Positions 1-12,291 of a stretch of 19,914 nt of DNA are shown piece after piece. The DNA is from Myxococcales bacterium. Lineage in GTDB: Bacteria; Myxococcota_A; UBA9042; JABWCM01; BTVJ01. The position numbers and the translations under genes are program-made. The notes beneath the pieces were generated by a model that saw only the letters and a list, made by a program, of their open reading frames with translations, made no database searches and was not told the origin of the DNA. Every line of letters begins with the position of its first letter. Within the stretch, counting starts at the first letter, position 1. Location of the stretch: NCBI GenBank assembly GCA_045863395.1, contig BTVJ01000118.1, positions 1 to 19,914 on the forward strand, in the 5' to 3' direction.

Positions 1-2285
<2,285 letters not shown>

Positions 2286-2312
2286 GGGACCTCCTCGCTG
2301 CGAGACGCCCCC

Positions 2313-2341
2313 CATGTACCAGAGGGCGCCATGGGGAGCAA
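2313..2341 (-). promoter_or_regulatory. Possible sigma70-type promoter for metH
   Basis: Minus strand TTGCTC-N17-TACATG with extended TGn, about 30 nt above the ATG. The -10 is imperfect. Confidence 0.3.
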
Positions 2342-2388
2342 ACGAGCCTCGTTGACATGACGCGCACCTGCGCACACTCTTGACGCCC

Positions 2389-3597
2389 ATGAACCCCAGG
2401 AAGCCCGCAAGGCCAAAGACGCCGCCTCCCCCGCCCCGCCCGCCGGAGGCGCCCCCGGACACCGGGCGCCCCCCGCGTGACGAACCCTCGCGTGACGAGC
2501 CCCCGGTGAGCCCCCCCCGAGCTGACGCCCGCTACGTGAACTGGCTGGCGAAGCTCGTCTTCTACCTCCTCCTGGGCGGCCTCCTGTGGCTGGTGCTCGA
2601 CAGCCTGGCGGGGGTGCTCTCCATGCTCTTCGTGAGCCTGCTCTTCGCCTACGTGCTCGATCCGCTGGTCGACTGGTTCGAGGCTCGCCGCATCTCACGG
2701 TCCCTTGCCATCGTGATCCTCATGGTCGGGACGCTGGCCGTGCTCGGGGGCTTCCTCCTGTGGATCGTGCCCACGCTGGTCGCAGAGCTGCGGGGCGCGG
2801 GTCAGCGGCTCGGCGCCTGGCTCGGTCAGGACCACGCGGGGCTCGTGGCCTGGGTGCAGGACCAGGTGGGCGTGGACGCCGCGGCCCTGCTGGACGAGGC
2901 ACGCTCCCGCGCCCAGGAGCTCGCCCCCAAGGCGATGGCCCTGGTCGGCGAGGTGCTGCAAGGCGCCATGTCCAAGACGGCGAGCGCCGTCGGGTGGGCG
3001 CTCAACGCGGTGATGGTCCCGATCTTCGTCTTCTACTTCCTGCGGGACTTCGACACCATGAAGGAGGAGGCGGTGCGGCTCATCCCGCTCCACCGCCGGG
3101 AGGCGACCCTGGCGCGGGCCCGCCGCGTCGACGCCGTGGTGGGGGAGTGGCTGAGGGGCCAGGTCAAGGTGGCGCTGCTGCTCGCGGCGCTCTACGCCCT
3201 GGGCCTCGCCATCGTCGGGGTGAAGCTCGGCGTGCCCATCGGCATCCTGGCGGGCCTGCTCGGCGTCGTCCCCTACCTGGGCTTCGCCTTCGGCTTCGGC
3301 CTGGCGCTCCTGATGACGCTCCTCGACTGGACCGGGTTCGGCGCCCCCCTCGGCGTCGTCGCCGTGTTCACTGTCGGGCAGATCCTGGAGGGCTACGTGA
3401 TCACCCCGCGCCTCGTGGGCGAGAAGGTGGGCCTCTCCCCCGTCACGGTCATCGTGGTGCTGCTGGTGGGGGGCGAGCTGCTCGGGCTCCTCGGCTTCAT
3501 GCTCGCCGTGCCTGTCGCCGGGGCGCTCAAGACCATCCTCGCCGAGGTGCTGGACTGGTACCGCACGTCGCGGCACTACCTGGGGGAGTCGGCGTGA
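2389..3597 (+). CDS. AI-2E family (PerM/UPF0118) transporter
   Basis: Multiple TM segments; [47 protein letters not shown] and GFMLAVPVA are typical AI-2E motifs. Pro-rich N-tail makes the start uncertain. Confidence 0.92.
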   Translation: MNPRKPARPKTPPPPPRPPEAPPDTGRPPRDEPSRDEPPVSPPRADARYVNWLAKLVFYLLLGGLLWLVLDSLAGVLSMLFVSLLFAYVLDPLVDWFEARRISRSLAIVILMVGTLAVLGGFLLWIVPTLVAELRGAGQRLGAWLGQDHAGLVAWVQDQVGVDAAALLDEARSRAQELAPKAMALVGEVLQGAMSKTASAVGWALNAVMVPIFVFYFLRDFDTMKEEAVRLIPLHRREATLARARRVDAVVGEWLRGQVKVALLLAALYALGLAIVGVKLGVPIGILAGLLGVVPYLGFAFGFGLALLMTLLDWTGFGAPLGVVAVFTVGQILEGYVITPRLVGEKVGLSPVTVIVVLLVGGELLGLLGFMLAVPVAGALKTILAEVLDWYRTSRHYLGESA

Positions 3598-3607
3598 CCG
3601 CTCGGGG

Positions 3608-4411
3608 TCACCTCGCCTTCGTGGTGGCGCGCTTCCACAGGTCGTAGCTCTCGCCGATCTTCTTGCCCGTCAGCTCCCGCAGCGTCTGGACGGTGCGCTC
3701 CCGCACGACCACGTTTGAGTCACGGACCCGCTCGACGAGCGCGGGGATCGCGTCTCGCGCCTTCAGCCGTCTCAGCGCGGAAACGGACCGCAGCCGCACC
3801 CGGGTCTCTGCGTCATCGAGGGAGGCGACCAGCGCGTCGATGGACTTCTTGTCGCCCACGGCGCCGAGCGCCCACGCCGCGTGCTCGCGGACCGCGCCGT
3901 CGGGGTCCGTCTCCAGGGCCAGGATCAGCGCGTCGGTCACGCCCGAGTCCTTGTAGGGCACCAGCGCGCGAGCGATGTTGGCGCGCACGTCCGCGTCCGC
4001 GTCGTGGAGCAGCACGTCCACGAGGGCGTCGGCGGTCTCCGGGTCGTGGTCGTCGAGCTTCACGAGGATGCGCGCTGCGTTGGTGCGCACGTTGGGCTCC
4101 CGGTGCCAGATGGCGCGCCGCAGGGCGGGCAGCGCGTCCTTGCGGGAGCGCACCGCCTCGTAGACCGCCTCACCGCCGTCCGAGCGGACCAGCGAGCGGA
4201 TCAGCTCGAGCAGGGCTGGGTCCGTCGTGATCGCGCTCTCTGCCACGTAGGTCGACCGGAAGCGGTCCTCCTTCGCGGGGGCAGCCGGGGCGACCACGGG
4301 GACCGGAGGGGGCGGCTCCTCGACGGGCTCCGGCGCATGGCGCTGGCAGGCGGCGAGCCATGCGCCTAGGAGGAGCACGGAGCGCCCCCAGGAAACTGCC
4401 CAGCCTCTCAT
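3608..4411 (-). CDS. HEAT-repeat (PBS-lyase-like) putative lipoprotein
   Basis: SD GGAGGT before ATG 4411; hydrophobic leader ending LAAC; Pro-rich linker; repeats VRTNAARIL, VRANIARAL, VREHAAWALG, VRLRSVSAL, VRERTVQTL. Confidence 0.85.
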   Translation of the reverse strand: MRGWAVSWGRSVLLLGAWLAACQRHAPEPVEEPPPPVPVVAPAAPAKEDRFRSTYVAESAITTDPALLELIRSLVRSDGGEAVYEAVRSRKDALPALRRAIWHREPNVRTNAARILVKLDDHDPETADALVDVLLHDADADVRANIARALVPYKDSGVTDALILALETDPDGAVREHAAWALGAVGDKKSIDALVASLDDAETRVRLRSVSALRRLKARDAIPALVERVRDSNVVVRERTVQTLRELTGKKIGESYDLWKRATTKAR

Positions 4412-4471
4412 CGAGTCCACCTCCGTGCCTCCCCATACCACAGGGGCGCGCCCACCGGAAGCGGGTCTGCG

Positions 4472-4506
4472 CTGCGAGATCTGCAGAACCTCTGCGACTC
4501 CCGCAG
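4472..4506. promoter_or_regulatory. Tandem palindromes, putative enhancer (UAS) for a sigma54 activator
   Basis: CTGCGAGATCTGCAG (4472-4486) and CTGCGACTCCCGCAG (4492-4506); both CTGC-N7-GCAG, 20 bp period, about 80-110 bp upstream of the -24 element. Confidence 0.6.
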
Positions 4507-4582
4507 TGCGGGCGGGGGCCAGTGCTCATGGAGAGACGAGGCCCCCCCGCCCCACGGGCGCCCGTGTGGCCCACCTGCCCGT

Positions 4583-4598
4583 TGGCACGAGCCGTGCT
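4583..4598 (+). promoter_or_regulatory. Sigma54 (-24/-12) promoter
   Basis: TGGCACGAGCCGTGCT: GG(4584-85)-N10-GC(4596-97), matching TGGCACG-N4-TTGCW at all but one position; directly upstream of the kinase/regulator pair. Confidence 0.72.
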
Positions 4599-4701
4599 TC
4601 GTGCATGCCGCAGCCGGGCGTCCGCTCAGTGGCGGCCCTGGAGCGCTCACACGATGCACGCTAGACTCGCAGCCCACACGACCGCCACAGGACCCGCCAC
4701 C

Positions 4702-6086
4702 ATGGGCAAGTCACCGGAGACGAGCGACGACCGAAGCACGAGGCGCCTGGCCGCCCCGTCGTCGCCGGAGTTCGCCCCCCTGGAGCCGGCACCCGAGCCC
4801 ACCTGGCTGCGCCGCTGGAAGCGCGCGCGCCTCGTGCTCCTCGCCGTCCTCGGCGTCATCGTGCTGGTCAGCGGCATCGTGAGCTACGCCGTCGTCGATG
4901 GCGCCGCGCGGACCGTGGTCAGCGGCCACGGCGAGAAGCTGCTCAACTCGGTCCACCGGGCGCTCGCCCGCGGCGTCGGGGAGACCCACCTGGCGGCGCT
5001 GGTCGCCGAGTACGCGCCCCTCGGCCTGCGCGGCATCGTGCTGCTTGGCCCCGGGAGGGCTCCGATGCGCGAGGTCGGCCTCACGACGCCCACGCCCGAG
5101 GTGGACGACGTCGGGACGATGCGCCCACGCGAGCCCTACGAGGCGGGCGACCTGGTCTGGATGGTCCACGTCCCGCCCCACACGGCCAGCGGCCCCATCT
5201 CTACGCCGCTCCACGAGCCAGGCCCGCCGCCACCGGGGCTGGAGTCCCGCCCGGGGCTTCCGGACCGCCCCCCTCCCCCACCGGCCTTTGCGGTCACCTT
5301 CGAGCCCCTGGAGGCACGAACCCTCCGCCGAGCGGCCCTGGTCGCGCTGGTGGCGGCCTTCGGCGCGGCCCTCGCCCTGGGGGTCGCCACCGTGGGTCTC
5401 TGGGCCATCCAGCGTCGGCTGGACGCCGGGCGCCAGGCCGACGAGCGCGGCCGGCGCCTCGCGGCCCTCGGCGAGATGTCCGCCGTGCTGGCACACGAGA
5501 TCCGCAACCCGCTGTCCGGCCTCAAGGGGAGCGCGCAGCTCCTGGTGGAGGCGCTGCCCGAGGGGGAGGGGCGCAACCGGGCCCGCGCGGAGCGGGTGGT
5601 GCGGGAGGCCCTGCGCATCGAGCGCCTGACCACGGACCTCCTCTCACTGGTGCGGTCCAAGGAGGTGCATCGACAGCCGTGCTCGCCGGGAGAGCTCCTC
5701 TTGGAGGCGGCGCGGTCCGTCGGCGCGGATCTGATCCGGGTCGTCGACGAGGGGACCGGGCAGTGGTCGCTCGACCCGGAGCGGCTCCGGCAGGCGATCT
5801 GCAACCTGATGGAGAACGCCCTCCACGCATCGCCCGAGGGGGCGGTGGCGCAGGCGCGCGTGGTGGACGGCGCCCTGGAGATCAGCGTCCGGGACCACGG
5901 CCCGGGCGTCCCGATGGACCAGCGCGAGCGCATCTTCGAGGCGTTCACGACCGGCCGCGCGCAAGGGACCGGGCTCGGCCTCGCCGTCACGCGGCGCATC
6001 GTGGAGCTCCACGGCGGCACCATCTTGATCGGCGACGCGCCCGGCGGCGGAGCCATCTTCACCGTGACCATCCCGCAGGAGGACAC

Positions 6087-6102
<16 letters not shown>
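4702..6102 (+). CDS. Membrane sensor histidine kinase (NtrB/ZraS-like)
   Basis: Two TM helices around an extracytoplasmic region; H-box [12 protein letters not shown]-box [20 protein letters not shown]. Start could also be 4654; the track start at 4360 overlaps the divergent gene. Confidence 0.93.
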
Positions 6103-7412
<1,310 letters not shown>

Positions 7413-7567
7413 GCTCAGGGGGGGCCCAGAGGTGGACAGACAGAGACACCCGGGCACCGATGTCAGCGAGTCAGGGAGTCAGCAAGACAGGTGCGAGAAC
7501 TCGGCAGGGAACCTGCCCGACGATGTGCCGGGTCTCGCTCCCACGGGCCAGCGCGACGGGGAGACTC

Positions 7568-9730
7568 TCAGCGCTGCGGCCGGCCGGCCTTCTTCCATCG
7601 GGGCTTCTTGTCGCGGCGGGGCTCGGCGCTGGTGTCATCGCGCGGCGGCGGGGAGACCGGAGGCGGGGCGCCCTGCTGATCGCGGGAGTCGGTGCGGCGT
7701 TTGGGCGGCGACCACCCGCCGGCCTCAGCGGGGTCACTCTGCTTTGAAGCCTCTGTTCTTGCAGGGACCGTCGAGTGTCTCTGTCCGCGTCGGCCGGAGT
7801 CGCCCGATGCCTCAGCGTTGACCGCCCCACGCCTCGCGGCCCCCGCCTGGGGCGCCGGGTCGCCCCCGCCTCTGCGCTCCACCGTGGTCCGCGCCAGCGC
7901 TTTCCCTACGCCACGTTTCGCCGGGAGGTCCTGCGATGCCGAAGGCGGGACGGCGCCGCGGTCCGGCGGGGTGGCCCGGGTGGCTGGCGGTGCCGCCACA
8001 GGTCCCGGAGAATGCGCGGGCGCTGCTTCCGCTCTGCCCGGCTGCCGCCGCGACGGCTCCCGGGGAGCCCGCCCCACCGGCTCGCCCCCTGCGCCCCGCT
8101 CGGGAGATGCCGCGCCCCCCTCCGCGCCCCGCTCGGGGACCGCCACCTTGACCTGCACCGGCCGCCCGCGCAGGGTCGTGCGGGTCATGCGCTGCAGGAC
8201 GCGCTCCGCGTGGCGTCGAGGAAGCTCGACGAAGGTGAACCGCTCGTAGACGTCGATGGGGCCGATGTCGCTGCCTGGCACGCCCGCCTCGTTGGCGATG
8301 GCCCCGACCACGTCCGAGGGGCGCACGCCCGCGAGGGAGCCCGCGGACACGTAAAGGCGGACCACCCCGCGATCCACCTGGCCCGCCTCCTCGGGCCCGT
8401 CGGAGCCCCCCTCGATGGGCTTCTCCCCGAGCACCATCCGGGCCAACGCGGCTGCGACCTCCGCCATGTCCGCGCCGTGCTCCTCCGCCAGATCCTCGAC
8501 GAGCCGCACGTACACGTCGAGGCTGGCGGCCTCCGCCAGCGACCGCTTGACCGTCTGCTTGAAGGAGTCCACCGTGCGCGCCGCCACGTCCGCTCGGGTC
8601 GGCACCCGCATGGGCTCGATGCGCTGCCCGGTGTAGCGCTCGATCTCGCGCATCATGCCGCGCTGCCGCGGCGTCACGAACAGGAGCGCCACCCCCGCGC
8701 GACCGGCACGCCCCGTGCGGCCGATGCGGTGCACGTAGGACTCCACGTCGTTGGGCGCGTCGTAGTTGACCACGTGGGTGATGTGCTCCACGTCGAGGCC
8801 TCGCGCAGCCACGTCCGTCGCGACGACCACCTCCACCTGGCGCGCCCGGAACCGCTTGATCAGCGTCTCGCGCTGCGCCTGGCTCATGTCCCCGTGCAGC
8901 GCCTCGGCGGCCCAGCCGCGGGCCACCAGCTTCTCCGTCAGCTCCGCGGCGCCGTTCTTGGTGCGTGCGAACACCAGCACCGCCTCGATCTCCTCGGCGC
9001 CCAGGATCCGGGTCAGCGCGTCCAGCTTCTGGGACTCGGAGACATTCAGATACCGCTGCTCCACGGCGGGCACCGTCAGGGTCTTCTCCGCGACGGAGAC
9101 CGGCGCCGGGTCCCGCAGGTGACCCTCCGCGATGGCCCGGATACGCGGCGGCATGGTCGCCGTGAACAGGGCGGTCTGGCGCGCCGGCGGGGTCTGGGAG
9201 AGGATCCAGTCCACATCCTCCGCGAAGCCCATGCGCAGCATCTCGTCGGCCTCGTCGAGCACCACCATGCGCACCCTGCTCAGGTCGAGGGTCTCCTGGC
9301 GCATGTGGTCCATGACGCGGCCCGGCGTGCCCACGACGACGTGGACGGCGCGGCGCAGGTGGCGGAGCTGGTTGGCGAACGGAGCGCCCCCGTAGATGGG
9401 GATCACCACCACCGTCCCCATGTGCCGCGCATAGGTGTGGATGGCCTCCGCGACCTGGATGGCCAGCTCGCGCGTGGGGACGAGGACCAGCCCCTGCACG
9501 TGGCCATCCTTGAGATCGAGCCGCTCCAGCATGGGCAGCGCGAACGCCGCGGTCTTGCCGGTGCCGGTCTGTGCCTGCCCGATGACGTCGCGCCCGGCGA
9601 GGAGCACGGGCACGGTCGCCGCCTGGATGGGAGTCGGTGCCTCATAGCCGGCGTCGGACAGGGCGCGCAGGATGGGCGCGCTCAGCCCGAGCTCGGAGAA
9701 GGGGGCCGCGGTGGGGGTGGGATCGCTCAT
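7568..9730 (-). CDS. deaD: DEAD-box RNA helicase, DeaD/CsdA type, with DbpA-type RNA-binding domain and long low-complexity tail
   Basis: Q motif GYEAPTPIQ; AQTGTGKT; PTRELA; TPGR; DEAD; ARGLD; HRIGRTGRAG; C-terminal GVRPSDVVGAIANEAG...IGPIDVYERFTFVEL. Confidence 0.93.
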   Translation of the reverse strand: MSDPTPTAAPFSELGLSAPILRALSDAGYEAPTPIQAATVPVLLAGRDVIGQAQTGTGKTAAFALPMLERLDLKDGHVQGLVLVPTRELAIQVAEAIHTYARHMGTVVVIPIYGGAPFANQLRHLRRAVHVVVGTPGRVMDHMRQETLDLSRVRMVVLDEADEMLRMGFAEDVDWILSQTPPARQTALFTATMPPRIRAIAEGHLRDPAPVSVAEKTLTVPAVEQRYLNVSESQKLDALTRILGAEEIEAVLVFARTKNGAAELTEKLVARGWAAEALHGDMSQAQRETLIKRFRARQVEVVVATDVAARGLDVEHITHVVNYDAPNDVESYVHRIGRTGRAGRAGVALLFVTPRQRGMMREIERYTGQRIEPMRVPTRADVAARTVDSFKQTVKRSLAEAASLDVYVRLVEDLAEEHGADMAEVAAALARMVLGEKPIEGGSDGPEEAGQVDRGVVRLYVSAGSLAGVRPSDVVGAIANEAGVPGSDIGPIDVYERFTFVELPRRHAERVLQRMTRTTLRGRPVQVKVAVPERGAEGGAASPERGAGGEPVGRAPREPSRRQPGRAEAAPAHSPGPVAAPPATRATPPDRGAVPPSASQDLPAKRGVGKALARTTVERRGGGDPAPQAGAARRGAVNAEASGDSGRRGQRHSTVPARTEASKQSDPAEAGGWSPPKRRTDSRDQQGAPPPVSPPPRDDTSAEPRRDKKPRWKKAGRPQR

Positions 9731-9954
9731 CAGGAACCTCAGGGGACAACGAGGAGGCGTCGCGCCTCGCGGGCCTTCTACCAGCGCCCCCCCCGGGGAG
9801 CAAGGGACGCCCCACGACGGGCGGTGCCCGGGCTCGCCTCGGAGGGCTTCGTGAAACTGAGCCATCGACGTCCTGGCGCGCTGGCGCTACAGTGGGGTGC
9901 ACTGCAGACGACCCAGGGAGGGGGGCGCGACGCCGCGCCCGAATGGAGCATGCC

Positions 9955-12291
9955 ATGAAGGCTCGCCTGTTCCTGTCCCTCGCCATCCTCCTCGCTGGCC
10001 CAGCCGCAGCCGCGCCGGACACCGTGGCCGTACAGGGCTTGCTGTCCACGGGCGCTGGGGGGCCCGCGTCCGGCGCCTTCCCCATGGTCCTCTCCGTGTG
10101 GACGGCCCAGTCCGGCGGCTCGTCCCTGTGGTCCCAGGACGTGGGCACGGTGGATGTGGTCGGCGGCGTGTGGGACACGGAGCTCGGGCCCATCCCGGGC
10201 GCGGTGCTCGACGCCGCCGGCACCCTATGGCTGGAGGCGACGGTCGGAGGGCAGGCGCTGCCGCGACGCCCCCTGCGCGCGGCCCTGTTCGCGCTGCGGG
10301 CGGACCGATCCGCCCTGGCGGACACGGCCTCGGCGCTCCAGTGCACGGGCTGCGTGTCCTCGGGAGCCCTCGGCGTGGCGTATGCCGGGTCCGCGTCCAA
10401 GGGCGGGCCCGCCTCGGACCTGGCGTGCACCGGCTGTGTGGCCGCGTCGGAGATCGCGCCAGGAGTCCTCACCGGCGCACACGTCTCGGACGGCACGCTG
10501 TCGTCCGACGACGTGGCGTTCAACTACGCAGGCTCCTCGGCCAAGGGCGGGCCTGCGTCGGACCTGGCGTGCACGGGCTGCGTGGGATCGGGCGAAATCG
10601 CCGCAGGCGTCACGCTTCAGGGGAACGTCACGGTCACGGGTGGCCTCGCGACCTGCACGCCCGGCTACCCGGGCTGTGGTGTGGACGTGGGTGGTGACGG
10701 GCGCCTGGAGAGCGGCGGCGGCCTGCTCACCCTCGCCGCGGCGGCCGGCGTGCGCGCGGTGGCCATGGACGGCTCGGGGTGGAGCCCCGTGGAGGTGGGC
10801 GATCTGGAGGCCCACGGGGCGCTCGACGTGGCAGGCACGACGACCATCGGTGGCAGCCTGGGCGTCGGGGTCCAGTCCCCGAGCGACCGGCTCACAGTGG
10901 ACGGACCCATCCGCACGCTGCCCCGCTCGACGGCCACCTGCGACGCGGGCCACGCCGGCGCGCTCTACTTCGACGCGGACGACAAGACCTTCTACGGATG
11001 CGACGGCGCCGCGTGGAAGGCGCTCGGCGGGACCCAGGCCGCCTACCGCAAGGGCTGCACGGACATCCTCGACGCGGGCGAGTCGTCGGGGAGCGGCATC
11101 TACACCATCGACCCGGACGGGGGCCTGCCGGACAACGCCTTCCAGGTCTACTGCGAGATGAGCACCAGCGGCGGCGGGTGGACCAAGATCCTCCAGTATG
11201 CGGGGGGCACGAGCCTCGCGACGGCGGCGTCCGTGGGCTCGGGCACCTCGTGGATGCTCTCGGAGACCGTCGCCGGAAAGCTCACCGACGTGCAGATCAA
11301 CGCCATCGCCGGCAGCGAGTACCTGGTGCTGACCTCCAACTCGTCCTATGGCGGCATGCGGTGGGGGCAGTTCGTGCCGGCGTCGCCCTTCCAGTGGTAC
11401 TCCAACGCGGGCACCTACACCCTGGTCACGACGTGGGCGTCCACGAAGTGCTGGAACGGCGGGGCGCTGACCACCGCGACCCCTGACTCGTGGGCGGTGT
11501 GCGGCGACATGGGCGGACCCATCGGCTTCTGCTCCCACAAGGGCGGGGTCTGGGCCATCTGCCTGTGCGCCACGGGCGTGCACGAGAACGTCCACCCGTG
11601 TCAGACGTCCCCCGCGGGCTACAACTACTTCAACTACGCGGTCTTCAAGCGCACGGCGCCGGGCGCGGGGACCAGCAGTCACAAGAAGAGCTGCAAAGAG
11701 ATTCTGGACGCCGGCCTCTCGACGGGCACCGGCCTCTACACCATCGACCCGGACGGAGACTCCCCTTCCAACGCCTTCCAGGTCTGGTGCGACATGAACA
11801 CCGACGGGGGCGGATGGACCAAGGTGCTCCAGTACGGCGGAGGCGCCAACATGGCCTCCCCGGGGCCCGTCGGCACGGGCACCACCTGGATGACCACCGA
11901 GACCACGGGCGGGAAGCTCAGCGACCTCCAGATCAACATGATCCCGGGCTCCGAGTACCTGGTCCACACGTCGGACGGCAGCTACGGGGGCATGCGGTGG
12001 GGCACCTTCAAGCCACCGTCGCCCATCACCTGGCAGTCGGGGACCGGCGTCTACACGATGATCACCTCCTGGACGTCGACCAAGTGCTGGAACAACGGGA
12101 GCCTCGTGGCGAGCACACCGGACTCCTGGGCGGTGTGCGGCGACATGGGCGGCCCGCTCGGGTTCTGCTCCCACAAGGGCGGGGTCTGGGCGATCTGCCT
12201 GTGCGGCACCGGCATCCACGAGAACGTGCACCCGTGCCAGACCTCGCCGGCCGGGTACAACGTGTCCAAGCACGGGGTCTACAAGCGATGA
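9955..12291 (+). CDS. Secreted fibre-like adhesin with two fibrinogen-like (YCDxxxxGGGW-type) domains
   Basis: SD GGAG; signal peptide MKARLFLSLAILLAGPAAA; motifs GIYTIDPDG..FQVYCEMSTSGGGWT and GLYTIDPDG..FQVWCDMNTDGGGWT; CTGCV repeats; GVGVQSPSDRLTVDG fibre-type repeat. Confidence 0.85.
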   Translation: MKARLFLSLAILLAGPAAAAPDTVAVQGLLSTGAGGPASGAFPMVLSVWTAQSGGSSLWSQDVGTVDVVGGVWDTELGPIPGAVLDAAGTLWLEATVGGQALPRRPLRAALFALRADRSALADTASALQCTGCVSSGALGVAYAGSASKGGPASDLACTGCVAASEIAPGVLTGAHVSDGTLSSDDVAFNYAGSSAKGGPASDLACTGCVGSGEIAAGVTLQGNVTVTGGLATCTPGYPGCGVDVGGDGRLESGGGLLTLAAAAGVRAVAMDGSGWSPVEVGDLEAHGALDVAGTTTIGGSLGVGVQSPSDRLTVDGPIRTLPRSTATCDAGHAGALYFDADDKTFYGCDGAAWKALGGTQAAYRKGCTDILDAGESSGSGIYTIDPDGGLPDNAFQVYCEMSTSGGGWTKILQYAGGTSLATAASVGSGTSWMLSETVAGKLTDVQINAIAGSEYLVLTSNSSYGGMRWGQFVPASPFQWYSNAGTYTLVTTWASTKCWNGGALTTATPDSWAVCGDMGGPIGFCSHKGGVWAICLCATGVHENVHPCQTSPAGYNYFNYAVFKRTAPGAGTSSHKKSCKEILDAGLSTGTGLYTIDPDGDSPSNAFQVWCDMNTDGGGWTKVLQYGGGANMASPGPVGTGTTWMTTETTGGKLSDLQINMIPGSEYLVHTSDGSYGGMRWGTFKPPSPITWQSGTGVYTMITSWTSTKCWNNGSLVASTPDSWAVCGDMGGPLGFCSHKGGVWAICLCGTGIHENVHPCQTSPAGYNVSKHGVYKR
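10381..10584 (+). repeat. Intragenic repeat YAGSxxKGGPASDLACTGCV x2
   Basis: Copies at 10381-10440 and 10525-10584 (144 nt period); a partial LQCTGCV lies upstream at ~10336. Confidence 0.9.
11047..12291 (+). repeat. Tandem duplication of a ~200-aa fibrinogen-like domain
   Basis: 636 nt period (first Cys codons at 11056 and 11692); copies are colinear. Confidence 0.95.

Noticed and set aside
2286..2388. SAM or cobalamin riboswitch upstream of metH
   Set aside because: Only ~100 bp shared with a divergent gene; no recognisable riboswitch core, only short inverted repeats.
3594..3611. GTGACC..GGTCAC inverted repeat spanning two convergent stop codons
   Set aside because: Only 6 bp, half explained by the two TGA codons; no U-tract.
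7413..7567. Hairpin GGCAGG-GAA-CCTGCC (7503-7517) in an imperfect longer stem, as a terminator or ncRNA
   Set aside because: No U-tract on either strand and no known RNA motif; such stems are expected by chance at this GC content.
11047..12291. Duplicated tip domains as a DGR template/variable repeat pair
   Set aside because: Mismatches are mostly synonymous C/G changes, not adenine-specific; both copies are coding; no reverse transcriptase in the window.
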